56,528 nucleotides of DNA from Mailhella sp. (GTDB taxonomy: Bacteria > Desulfobacterota > Desulfovibrionia > Desulfovibrionales > Desulfovibrionaceae), in assembly GCA_020024815.1 (NCBI GenBank), contig JAHHTE010000001.1, forward strand, positions 1 to 56,528, read 5' to 3'. The position numbers and the translations under genes are program-made. Positions within the stretch are counted from its first letter, which is position 1; every line of letters begins with the position of its first letter. Positions 40,287-49,825 of the stretch are shown in pieces. The notes beneath the pieces were generated by a model. That model was given only the letters and a program-made list of their open reading frames with translations. It was not told the origin of the DNA and made no database searches.

Positions 40287-40771
40287 TTATTACTTTTTTA
40301 TTAATAGTTTTAACTCCATATCAAGCAAAAGCTCAAGTAAAACTTGAGGATTTTATGTTTGCTAGCAAGCATTATAACGTTGCTCCAGAACTTCTTATTG
40401 CTATTGCTCGTACTGAAACAAATTTACACGTTTGGGCAGTAAATGTGCAAGGAAAAGGATATTTTCCTAAAAACAAAGAAGAAGCTCTAAAAATAGCAAA
40501 AAAAGCTTATAACGAACGTAAAAGCTTTGATATTGGAATTATGCAAATTAATGTATGGTGGCTTAGAAAATATAATATTTCCCTTGAAACAGCTATTGAA
40601 CCTAAAAATAACATCATTATTGGTGCATTTATTTTGAAAAACGAAATACTCCGACATGGCTTTAATTGGAAAGCCATTGCAAGCTATCATACTCCAGTTC
40701 ATCGTAACCCTATGCGTGGTAAATATTATGCGTCAAGAGTTATAAAAAATCTTCGAGGAAAAAATGATTAA
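40271..40771 (+). CDS. pilT: Lytic transglycosylase (PilT/TrbN-like)
   Basis: LLIAIARTET, SFDIGIMQIN, AIASYH. Confidence 0.9.
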   Translation: MRNYIIITFLLIVLTPYQAKAQVKLEDFMFASKHYNVAPELLIAIARTETNLHVWAVNVQGKGYFPKNKEEALKIAKKAYNERKSFDIGIMQINVWWLRKYNISLETAIEPKNNIIIGAFILKNEILRHGFNWKAIASYHTPVHRNPMRGKYYASRVIKNLRGKND

Positions 40772-41210
40772 TTTTATAATCTTATTAATTATTTTGATTG
40801 GGTTATCCTATCAAGATCTAAAAGAACATAAAATTTATGATATTATTCCACTTTTTGGAATAGTCATTGGTATAAGTTTAGGCTTTTTTTATAATGATAC
40901 TATAATATCAGCTTGTTATACTATGCTTTTTGGTTTTTTTATTCTTTTTATTCCTTATCTTCTAATTCGTTTTTTAAAAAAACAAGAAGGTATTGGATTT
41001 GGTGATGTGCTTGTTAGTGCTTGTATAGGAGCATTTCTCTCTTTTAATGAAACATATCTTGCAATAATGATTGGATTTTTATCAGCTTTTGTTTTTTGTT
41101 ATTTTATTAAGAAAAACAAAATAGCTCTTGTTCCATTTTTTACCTTTGGAGTAATTCTTACAAAGATTTTAGGAGGTTTTTATGAAATTAATATGTTTAA
41201 TTTTGCTTAA
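40764..41210 (+). CDS. pilU: A24 prepilin peptidase
   Basis: DLKEHKIYD and GIGFGDV aspartate motifs; multi-TM. Confidence 0.88.
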   Translation: MINFIILLIILIGLSYQDLKEHKIYDIIPLFGIVIGISLGFFYNDTIISACYTMLFGFFILFIPYLLIRFLKKQEGIGFGDVLVSACIGAFLSFNETYLAIMIGFLSAFVFCYFIKKNKIALVPFFTFGVILTKILGGFYEINMFNFA

Positions 41211-41736
41211 TATTTTTTTCATTTGTGGAAAAGCACAAGCTTTTACTATACTTGACGCTACTAGCTTTGACCCACAACCAGTTAAAGTAGAAGCAAAAAA
41301 TAATTCTGTTCCAATCGGTACAGTAATAGTATGGACCAAAAATGAAATTCCAGACGGTTGGTTAGAATGCAATGGGCAAGCTGTTAATCACGATTTGTTT
41401 CCTGAACTTTCTATGTTAATGAAAAATGTTCCTGATTATAGAAATAGATTTTTACAAGGGACAAACAACGGAATAGTCGGTGAAAAACTAGAAGCAGGAC
41501 TTCCTAATATAACAGGAAGTTATGACAGTTGGAACAATGGGTTTTCGGCTGGTCTTATTACAGAAGGAGCATTTAAAAATACAAAAACAAGTCGATATAT
41601 TGCAGCAGACATAGCAAGCTTTGGCTTTGGAGTAAATGTTCAGTTTGATGCTTCATTATCTAATTCTATTTATGGAAGTTCTAATACAGTTCAACCACCA
41701 GCAATAACAGTAAAATACATCATAAAAGCAGAATAG
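41182..41736 (+). CDS. Secreted phage tail-collar/tail-fibre-tip domain protein 1
   Basis: Sec signal (AQA); VPIGTVIVW...PDGWLECNGQ...PDYRNRFLQG collar motif; GLPNITG...TVQPPAITVKYIIKA tail. Confidence 0.85.
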   Translation: MKLICLILLNIFFICGKAQAFTILDATSFDPQPVKVEAKNNSVPIGTVIVWTKNEIPDGWLECNGQAVNHDLFPELSMLMKNVPDYRNRFLQGTNNGIVGEKLEAGLPNITGSYDSWNNGFSAGLITEGAFKNTKTSRYIAADIASFGFGVNVQFDASLSNSIYGSSNTVQPPAITVKYIIKAE

Positions 41737-41746
41737 GAGTAATAAA

Positions 41747-42320
41747 ATGAAAAAGAAACTTTTTTGGGCGTCGCTCATATATATATATATATAGCGTAAC
41801 ACCCCAAAATGCTTATGCAATCAAAGATGCAACAAGTTTTAATCCAGAACCAGTTAAAGTAGAAGCAAAAAATAATTCTGTTCCAATCGGAACTGTTATT
41901 GTATGGACCAAAAATGAAATTCCAGAAGGTTGGCTTGAATGTAATGGACAAGCAGTCAATCAAGATTTATATCCAGATTTATTTGCTCTTATGAACAAAA
42001 CACCAAACTATCAAGGATATTTTTTGCGTGGACTTGGTGGAAATAGTGAAAAATTAGGAATTGAACAACAAAATGCAATGCTAGACTTAACTGAAGGAGT
42101 AATTAATGGACCAGTTATGCTTAATGGATTTGGAAATACTGATGGAGCAACAGGAGTTTTTAGTGCAGTTCCTAATAAAACAGCATGGGCAATTAAATAT
42201 GAGTTTGGTTGGACAAATGCAACAAGTATAAAGTTTGATATTCAAAATGCAGGAATTCCTGTTGCTAATGAAATAAGACCAATAAATAAGGCAGTAAAAT
42301 ACATTATAAAAGCAGAATAG
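41747..42320 (+). pseudogene. Secreted tail-collar domain protein 2, frameshifted in an (AT)8A tract (candidate phase-OFF state)
   Basis: ATG 41747 reads to TAG at 41792; the frame from 41793 (SVTPQNAYA|IKDATSF...VKYIIKAE) is intact to 42320. Confidence 0.85.
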
Positions 42321-42330
42321 GAGTAATAAA

Positions 42331-42582
42331 ATGAATATAAAACCAAAAGAAACATTTGAAAATCGTGCTATATATCAAAACAAAGTAGAAGAAAACCATT
42401 GTCCCAATTGTGATGAACCGCTTATTTTTGGTTTAAAAGATAACTACCATGAGTTTTCAATAGGGCTGTCAACTGTATTACAGCTTCTTTTGGTTGCAGA
42501 AAAACAAGGATATGTTCCAAAACTGCCCAGTGAATGGATTGTACAGGTTTTAAATGAATTTTACATGGTAAAAAGGGAGTAA
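42331..42582 (+). CDS. Hypothetical protein (83 aa)
   Basis: AGGAG RBS; contains CPNC. Confidence 0.75.
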   Translation: MNIKPKETFENRAIYQNKVEENHCPNCDEPLIFGLKDNYHEFSIGLSTVLQLLLVAEKQGYVPKLPSEWIVQVLNEFYMVKRE

Positions 42583-42584
42583 TT

Positions 42585-43472
42585 ATGGATTGTTATAAGA
42601 CAATGAATTCTGATAAAATTTATAAAATATCAGTTGAGAACTATCAAAAAGATCCTGGTTTTAATGAGCCGTATTTTATTAATAATATTTGCTATGCGTT
42701 ATGCCCTGCTTGTAATAACCCAATTCAGCTTTGTGCATTGTATAATAGAAATGAAAACTCTCCTAAACCGTATGGCAGACATACAGGAAAAGACATCGCT
42801 GATCTTGCTTCGTTTGATTATCAAAAATATAATTTTTGTCCGTATGCTTCTCATGCAAAAGGGTATAATAATTATGATGAACTGATAAAAGACGACATTG
42901 ATAATTCAGTAATAGAAGCATTGGAAGCATTACGGGATAATTTTGATAAGGTTATTTACTTATTAAAAAAAGAAAGCGGAATAAAAATAAGTAATAATTT
43001 AGCTAAAGAAATGCTTGTTTCATTTTTGGGTAATGGCAATGAAAATGCTGGGTATTTGTTTTATTACTTTAATAAGACAAATTTTCCTTATGTTTTTGCT
43101 AATATGAGCAAAGATTTTTCATTAAGAGGACAATATATCAAACAAGAATTTCCCTTATACAATATATTACAAAAAAGAGGTATAAAATTTTCAAAAGACG
43201 GACAATATATTGCTTCTATGAAAGAAAACCCTAAATTGTATGTTTTTAGTTTCATTCATTACAATATTGAAACAATAGATGGAGATACCCATGAAACTGT
43301 AAAATTTTGTGTTTTTGACGAGCAACGAAATATTATTTTTGAAAAGAAAATTATAGTTGATTTGGCGTATATTAATAATCTTATAAAAATGGAAAATTTT
43401 CAACGCAATGAGGAGCTACTTGATATTGCAAAGGCATTAATTAATAACAGATTGGAACAATTACAAAGATAA
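42585..43472 (+). CDS. Hypothetical protein with N-terminal Cys/His zinc-binding-like motif
   Basis: ALCPACNNPIQL...PYGRH...FCPY; GGGAG RBS. Confidence 0.8.
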   Translation: MDCYKTMNSDKIYKISVENYQKDPGFNEPYFINNICYALCPACNNPIQLCALYNRNENSPKPYGRHTGKDIADLASFDYQKYNFCPYASHAKGYNNYDELIKDDIDNSVIEALEALRDNFDKVIYLLKKESGIKISNNLAKEMLVSFLGNGNENAGYLFYYFNKTNFPYVFANMSKDFSLRGQYIKQEFPLYNILQKRGIKFSKDGQYIASMKENPKLYVFSFIHYNIETIDGDTHETVKFCVFDEQRNIIFEKKIIVDLAYINNLIKMENFQRNEELLDIAKALINNRLEQLQR

Positions 43473-43476
43473 AATA

Positions 43477-43497
43477 GAGGGCATTTTTAATGCCCTC
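43477..43497. terminator. Hairpin between convergent genes
   Basis: GAGGGCATT/AATGCCCTC stem. Confidence 0.5.
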
Positions 43498-43762
43498 CGT
43501 AAATTTTACTTCTGTGTCCTATATCAACAACCAAAATGAGAATTTCATCATCATGGATTTCGCATAAAATTCTATAATCTCCGACCCGAAACCGCCATAT
43601 TTCCGAATATGCGTCACCGATAAGGGCTTTTGCCAAGGTTCTCGGATTTTCTGATGGTTGGACTCTTTTCCGTAAAAAAGCCAAAATCCGTTTAGCTTCG
43701 GCTGTTCCAAGTTTTTTGAGCTTTTTTTCAGCCGAAGGCACAAATTTAATTGTCCATGCCAT
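43487..43762 (-). CDS. relE: RelE/ParE family toxin
   Basis: WRFRVGDYRILCEIHD...VDIGHR motif. Confidence 0.92.
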   Translation of the reverse strand: MAWTIKFVPSAEKKLKKLGTAEAKRILAFLRKRVQPSENPRTLAKALIGDAYSEIWRFRVGDYRILCEIHDDEILILVVDIGHRSKIYGGH

Positions 43763-43970
43763 AATCACTCAAAACCTTTTCAAGAGGAATTGCTTTTTCA
43801 CCACTGCTTTTAAAATCTGTCAGCGTTTTTTGAGCCAAATAATAATCTTCCAAATCTTCAATTTGATTTAAAATTGCTTCACGAGCATAAAAAGTTTTTG
43901 TTCTACCCGTTTCTTTAGCTAAAAAATCAAGCCGTTGTTCTATTTCTGCAGGTAAGCGTATTGCTAACAT
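43746..43970 (-). CDS. relB: RelB-type (RHH) antitoxin
   Basis: MLAIRLPAEIEQRLDFLAKETGRTKTFYAREAI...EDLEDYYLA; AAGGAG RBS; upstream of and overlapping the toxin. Confidence 0.88.
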   Translation of the reverse strand: MLAIRLPAEIEQRLDFLAKETGRTKTFYAREAILNQIEDLEDYYLAQKTLTDFKSSGEKAIPLEKVLSDYGMDN

Positions 43971-44040
43971 AAAATAATCTCCTTTTGTTATACTTGTATA
44001 GCAAATTATAATATATGTCAAATTTCCAAATAGGCAATTT

Positions 44041-44153
44041 TGTAAAAAGGTATACCTTTTTACACAAAACATATCGCTAGATTTCACCTATTGGAAAAAG
44101 GTCTATAAAAAGTAAAAATACATTTTTATAAAAAAGTTATTGACCTTTTTCCA
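44041..44153. promoter_or_regulatory. Palindromic operator-like array
   Basis: Perfect 24-bp palindrome 44041-44064 plus inverted repeat 44092-44103/44142-44153; all share the AAAAAGGT half-site. Confidence 0.55.
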
Positions 44154-44185
44154 GTTTCTATATAACTTATAATCAAGGACATTGT

Positions 44186-47100
44186 ATGCCAAAGAAAAAA
44201 ACACGTCCTACGGGGCAACATAGTCTATTAGATTTTATACCTGATTGTATTGAAAATCTTAGACAAGAAAACGAAAAAGAAGAAGCATATTCAAGAAGTA
44301 TGCTATTAGAAAATCAAACAATAACCAATAAGGAGAATGAACATGAGTATAGAGAGCAATATGTCAGCGGGTCAAATAGCACTACGAATAATGGATATAA
44401 AAATTTATCGATGGCTAGCATACGAAATGGGAATGTTAGGATCAACAACAGCAATGAAAATCTTGGACAGATGGGCATTGAACAATCCAGAGAAATTAAA
44501 AGAACTAGAGAAAAAACGGAATGGGACAGAACTATATTTAAAGTTGACGGAACAGGAGGAGAAAGAAATGGAAGCAATAGAAACAGACAGATATTGGGAT
44601 TTGATAGACAGTGGAATGAGTCATTGGGAAGCATTGAAAATGTTAGGGGTACAGACAGAATTATAGAAACCTATATTATCACTGATAGTGATAATATAGG
44701 TATTGGTACTCCAAAACAAAAGTACCAGGACAATATTAATGCTTTAAAAGTTCTATATAATCTTAGAAAAAATAAGTCTGAACTTGCAACAAAAGAAGAA
44801 CAAGCTATTCTTGTCAAATATGTTGGTTGGGGTGGACTTCCTCAAGCCTTTGATGAAAATAATGAACAATGGCAAAATGAATATAAAGAACTTAAAGCAT
44901 TACTTACAGAAGAAGATTATTCTAATGCTAGACGTTCCACGCAAGACGCCCATTTTACGCCTAAAAATATCATTGATACTATGTATCAAGGTTTGAAACA
45001 ATTTGGAGTAAAAAATACAGTACATATTTTAGAACCATCAGCAGGAATAGGTAATTTTATTGGATTTAAACCACAAAATTTTGATGCTAAATTTACAACT
45101 ATTGAACAAGATACTATTTCTGCTGATATTCTAAATTATCTTTACCCTAAGGAAAAAATATTTTGTAGACCATTTCAAGACATTCCCCAAAAAAATCCTC
45201 ATTTTGATGTAACCATTGGTAATCCACCTTTTGGACAAACAAGACTTTATGATAAAAATTTTCCAGAATTAGATTTTTCAATACATAATTATTTTATTGC
45301 TAAGTCTATGGAATTAGTAAAAGAAGGTGGTCTTGGAGCTTTTGTTGTTAGTCGTTATTTTATGGATAGTGTAAATAATGAACATAGACAATATCTAGCA
45401 CAAAATTCTCACTTTTTAGGAGCAATACGTTTACCTAATACTGCTTTTAAACAAAATGCTCTTACAGAAGTTACAACGGATATAGTCTTTTTTCAAAAGA
45501 AAACCGAGTATGAAAAACAAAATAATATTAGTAAAGGATATACTGATTGGGTACATACAACCGAGAAAGAATTTGAGCATAAAATAAATGTTACTTTTTT
45601 AGATAAGCCAATTCCTACAATAACAAAAACAGCAACAATTAATAAGTATTTTGCTGATAATTCTAAACAAGTTTTAGGTAATTTAGAATTAGGTGGAAAA
45701 TTTGGTAATGAATTAAATTGTATTGGTACTGCTGAAAAAGATATTAATATTGCAATGCAAGAAGCATTGCAAATACTTCCTAAAAATATTTTTAACAATA
45801 CTATTACCTATGAAAACCCATTTGCAGTTAAAGAATATACAGAACTTGAAAAACGTATTCTTAATTCTGAACGATTTAAAAAATTAAAAAAAGATTCTTT
45901 AATCGAAAGTACCAATGGTAAAATTTATAAAAAAACACAAGATGAACTTGGCGAAGATATATTATTAGAAGTTCCACTTGCTCACAAAAATGATGTACAA
46001 CGTATAACTGGTTTAATTCAAATTCGTGATACCTTAAGAACTTTATTTGAATTAGAAAAAAGTCCAGAAAATAATGAAGTTGATATTGAACGTTATCGTA
46101 AACGATTAAATATAAGTTATGATAATTTTGTAAATAAATTTGGACTATTAAATTCAAGTAAAAATAGGATTGTTTTTAAAGAAGATCCAGAAGCAACACT
46201 TATTCAAGCTCTTGAAGTTGACTATGATAAAGGCATAACAAAAAGTGAAGCAATAAAAGAAGATGTTGAAGAAAGAAAAGCAAGTGCAAAAAAAGCAAGC
46301 ATTTTTTCTAAACGGTGCTTTTACTTTATTGAACCAGCTAAGACAGCTGAAACTTCTAAAGAAGGTTTGCTTATTTCTTTACGAGAAAGTGGATCTATTG
46401 ATTTTGAAAGAATATCGCAACTAGTAGGAAAATCAGAACAAGAAGTAAAACAAGAGTTATTGGGAACATTTGTTTTTAAAAATCCATATACACAAAAATA
46501 TGAAGTTGCTGATAAATATCTTACTGGAAATATACGCAAAAAACTTGAGCAAGCAAAAAAAGCTGTTGCAATGAACCCACAATATCAACTCAATATTGAA
46601 GCTCTTGAAAAAGCCATGCCAAAAGATATTGAAGCAGCTGATATTAGTGTTCGTTTTGGCTCTACATGGATACCAGAAAAAGATGTAAAACAATTTATTA
46701 CAGAAGTAATAAGTGAAATAGCATTTTATAATGATGAAGTACATTATATCCCTGAAGTAGGACGATGGACAGTAAGTATCAACTTGCTTAATAGTTCTGC
46801 TAATAACTATATTTTTGGTACAGAAGAATATCCTGCAAGTAGGATTATCAAATCATTACTTGAAAATACACAAATAAAAGTAATGAAAGATACAGGCGAA
46901 AAAGATAGTAATGATAAGCCAATAAAAATTCTTGATACAGAAGCTACTGCTGCTGCAATGGAAAAAGCTGAAAAAATACAAGACGCTTTCCAAAAATGGA
47001 TATGGAGCGATGAAGAAAGACGTAATCGTTTAGCAAAAATTTATAATGAAAAATTTAATACACATGTTCCCGTACAATATGACGGAAGCCATGTTGAATT

Positions 47101-49813
47101 AATTGGGGCATCAACAGGTATTCAATTAAAACCTCATCAAAAAAATGTTATTTGGCGTGCTATTCAAGAAGGAACAGCACTTTATGATCATGTGGTAGGA
47201 GCAGGTAAGACTTTTGAAGCTGTTGGAACAATAATGGAAAGTAAACGATTAGGTTTTATCAAAAAGCCTATGATCACAGTTCCTAATCACTTAGTTTATC
47301 AATGGCGTGATGAATTTTATAAACTTTATCCTGACGCTAATATTTTAGTTGCTGATAAAGTTGATTTTCTCAAAGAAAATAGAGAGCGATTTTTTGGAAA
47401 AATAGCAACTGGAAATTGGGACGCTGTTATTATTCCCCATTCTTCTTTCAAGAAAATTGATATGCCCAAAGACTTTTTAGAGCAGTTTTATAATAAAGAA
47501 ATAGAAAACCTTGAATTAGCTCTTTTAGGCATAGACGCAAGAGAAAAAGGAAATAAAGTTACCATAAAACAATTAGAAAAACGAAAGGAACGTTTACGAG
47601 AAAAACTAAAAAAAGTTCTTGATGATACAAAAAGCAAGAATATTGATTTTTCTGATTTAGGTGTTGACGCTTTATTTGTTGATGAAGCTCATGAATTTAA
47701 AAATCTTGGAATTACAACTTCTTTATCTGTATCAGGTCTAGGAAGTATTGCAGGTTCTGATAAGGCTTTAGATTTATATGTAAAATGTCGCTATTTACAA
47801 GAACAAAATAATGGTAAGGGGATATACTTCTTAACTGGTACACCTATAAGCAACACCATTGCAGAAGTGTATAATATGCAACGATATTTACAAACTGACT
47901 TACTAGAAGAAAAAGGCATTATCCATTTTGACTCTTGGGCTTCTACTTTTGGAAGAATTTCTTCCAACTGGGAACTTGACGCAACTGGAGTAAATTATGC
48001 TTTAAAATCAAGGTTTGCTACTTTTGATAATGTTCCAGAATTACTTTCTATGTATAGGACTTTTGCCGATGTTGTTACACGATCTGATATTGAAGAACAA
48101 CAAAAAAAGAACAATGAAAAATCACTTACTCCCCCTTTACAAGGTGGAAAACCTATAAATATTATTGTTGAAAGAAGTCCATTGCAAGAAGATTATATGA
48201 ATAAAATTATTCATCGTATGGAAAATCTGCCTAAAAATCCTAAAATTGATAATCCATTGAAAATAACCAATGACGCACGAAAAGCTGGGCTTGATTATAG
48301 ATTAATTGATCCAACAGCAGAAGATTTTGAAAACTCAAAAGTAAATGTTTGTGCAAATAAGATAGTTGAAATATGGGAACAATCAAAAGAAGATAAGGGA
48401 ACACAACTTGTTTTTTGTGATCTATCCACACCTAAAGGCATAACAAGAGATGAACTATACTCCAAAAACAAAGAAGAAAAAGAAGAACTAGAAGAAGATG
48501 AAATCAATATGGACGAGCTTCTTTCAATAGGAAGTAATTTTTCTGTATATGAAGATTTAAAAAAGAAACTTATCAATAAAGGTATTCCTGCAAGGGAAAT
48601 TGCTTTTATTCATGACGCTAAAACTGACGCTAAAAAAGAACAATTATTTAGCAAAGTAAAAAATGGTGATGTGCGAGTATTAATAGGATCTACACCTAAA
48701 ATGGGTAGTGGTATGAATGTGCAAGAACGTTTAGTTGCTGCTCATCATTTGGACGCCCCCTGGCGACCTTCTGATTTAGAACAAAGAAACGGACGCATTA
48801 TCCGTCAAGGAAATGAATTATACAAAAAAGATCCTGATAATTTTGAAATTCAAATATATAACTATGCAACTAAACAAACCTATGATGCTAGAATGTGGCA
48901 ATGCATAGAATATAAATCTGCTGCAATAGAACAATTTAGAAAAGGTGATGTTTTACAAAGAAGCATAGAAGATATTCAATCAGAATCAGCCAACGCAGCC
49001 GAAATGAAAGCGGCAGCGTCTGGCAATCCTCTTATTTTGCTTGAAGTAACGTATAAAGCTGAAGTAAAAAAACTTGAGGCTATGTATAACCAATTCCTAA
49101 AAAGTCAACATAGTTTAGAAGATAGAATACGCTATCTTGAAAAAGCTGATGAACGCATAGCTATTGTTGAAGAAAAATATAAAAAAGCTTGTACGTTAAG
49201 AGATAAAAACAAAATAGAAAATCCTGAAATGATAATTGACGGAAAACGTATTACAACAGGAAACTTTGATGTTGTAACCAAAACTATAACAAAAGGTATT
49301 CATGAAATACAAGCATTGTTTACTTCCAAACCTAAAATCGGTGTATATCGAGGTTTTGAAATATCAATACAAAATGCTCCTTGTGATGGAGTAAAAGGTT
49401 TTAAATTTGTTGTTTCTATGCCAAATGGTGGCGAATATACCCCTAAAAACTTAGCATACACTGAAAAGGATAAATTTTCTTTATCAGGCTTTTTTACTCG
49501 GTTAGATAACTTTTTAACCAAAGGTCTAGAAGAAGAATTTCAAAAAGAAAAAACTCTTTTTGAAAATGAAAAAAAAGAACTTGCAACAACGAAAAACCCA
49601 AAAGAACATATATTTGAACAAATAAATGATCTTGAAGTTGCAAAACATAATCATAATGCAGTATTAAGAGAGTTGGAATATATGAAACATAATAAAAATT
49701 ATATTTCAAAGTTTGTTCCACTCACAGTTGATGAGTATAAAAAGAAACAAAACCAAGAACAAAATAAACTTGTTAGCGTAAAGAAAGAGCAATCAAAAGG
49801 TTTATCCTTATAA
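44186..49813 (+). CDS. Large N6-adenine methyltransferase plus SNF2-family helicase (DarB-like)
   Basis: ILEPSAGIGNF and IGNPPF (MTase); HVVGAGKT, FVDEAH, LTGTPISN, QRNGRIIRQGN (helicase). Confidence 0.92.
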   Translation: MPKKKTRPTGQHSLLDFIPDCIENLRQENEKEEAYSRSMLLENQTITNKENEHEYREQYVSGSNSTTNNGYKNLSMASIRNGNVRINNSNENLGQMGIEQSREIKRTREKTEWDRTIFKVDGTGGERNGSNRNRQILGFDRQWNESLGSIENVRGTDRIIETYIITDSDNIGIGTPKQKYQDNINALKVLYNLRKNKSELATKEEQAILVKYVGWGGLPQAFDENNEQWQNEYKELKALLTEEDYSNARRSTQDAHFTPKNIIDTMYQGLKQFGVKNTVHILEPSAGIGNFIGFKPQNFDAKFTTIEQDTISADILNYLYPKEKIFCRPFQDIPQKNPHFDVTIGNPPFGQTRLYDKNFPELDFSIHNYFIAKSMELVKEGGLGAFVVSRYFMDSVNNEHRQYLAQNSHFLGAIRLPNTAFKQNALTEVTTDIVFFQKKTEYEKQNNISKGYTDWVHTTEKEFEHKINVTFLDKPIPTITKTATINKYFADNSKQVLGNLELGGKFGNELNCIGTAEKDINIAMQEALQILPKNIFNNTITYENPFAVKEYTELEKRILNSERFKKLKKDSLIESTNGKIYKKTQDELGEDILLEVPLAHKNDVQRITGLIQIRDTLRTLFELEKSPENNEVDIERYRKRLNISYDNFVNKFGLLNSSKNRIVFKEDPEATLIQALEVDYDKGITKSEAIKEDVEERKASAKKASIFSKRCFYFIEPAKTAETSKEGLLISLRESGSIDFERISQLVGKSEQEVKQELLGTFVFKNPYTQKYEVADKYLTGNIRKKLEQAKKAVAMNPQYQLNIEALEKAMPKDIEAADISVRFGSTWIPEKDVKQFITEVISEIAFYNDEVHYIPEVGRWTVSINLLNSSANNYIFGTEEYPASRIIKSLLENTQIKVMKDTGEKDSNDKPIKILDTEATAAAMEKAEKIQDAFQKWIWSDEERRNRLAKIYNEKFNTHVPVQYDGSHVELIGASTGIQLKPHQKNVIWRAIQEGTALYDHVVGAGKTFEAVGTIMESKRLGFIKKPMITVPNHLVYQWRDEFYKLYPDANILVADKVDFLKENRERFFGKIATGNWDAVIIPHSSFKKIDMPKDFLEQFYNKEIENLELALLGIDAREKGNKVTIKQLEKRKERLREKLKKVLDDTKSKNIDFSDLGVDALFVDEAHEFKNLGITTSLSVSGLGSIAGSDKALDLYVKCRYLQEQNNGKGIYFLTGTPISNTIAEVYNMQRYLQTDLLEEKGIIHFDSWASTFGRISSNWELDATGVNYALKSRFATFDNVPELLSMYRTFADVVTRSDIEEQQKKNNEKSLTPPLQGGKPINIIVERSPLQEDYMNKIIHRMENLPKNPKIDNPLKITNDARKAGLDYRLIDPTAEDFENSKVNVCANKIVEIWEQSKEDKGTQLVFCDLSTPKGITRDELYSKNKEEKEELEEDEINMDELLSIGSNFSVYEDLKKKLINKGIPAREIAFIHDAKTDAKKEQLFSKVKNGDVRVLIGSTPKMGSGMNVQERLVAAHHLDAPWRPSDLEQRNGRIIRQGNELYKKDPDNFEIQIYNYATKQTYDARMWQCIEYKSAAIEQFRKGDVLQRSIEDIQSESANAAEMKAAASGNPLILLEVTYKAEVKKLEAMYNQFLKSQHSLEDRIRYLEKADERIAIVEEKYKKACTLRDKNKIENPEMIIDGKRITTGNFDVVTKTITKGIHEIQALFTSKPKIGVYRGFEISIQNAPCDGVKGFKFVVSMPNGGEYTPKNLAYTEKDKFSLSGFFTRLDNFLTKGLEEEFQKEKTLFENEKKELATTKNPKEHIFEQINDLEVAKHNHNAVLRELEYMKHNKNYISKFVPLTVDEYKKKQNQEQNKLVSVKKEQSKGLSL
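44343..44666 (+). CDS. Overprinted helical protein nested in the +1 frame of the MTase-helicase gene
   Basis: Own AAGGAG RBS before ATG 44343; protein-like sequence (DRWALNNPEKLKELE...GMSHWEALKMLGV). Confidence 0.65.
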   Translation: MSIESNMSAGQIALRIMDIKIYRWLAYEMGMLGSTTAMKILDRWALNNPEKLKELEKKRNGTELYLKLTEQEEKEMEAIETDRYWDLIDSGMSHWEALKMLGVQTEL

Positions 49814-49825
49814 GGAGAAATAATA

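Noticed and set aside
39168..42320. Classical shufflon at pilV
   Set aside because: No inverted cassettes, no sfx-like repeats and no adjacent Rci recombinase; both collar genes are co-oriented with their own starts.
41182..42320. Diversity-generating retroelement or prophage tail region
   Set aside because: No reverse transcriptase, no adenine-specific TR/VR pair and no other virion genes; the proteins carry signal peptides.
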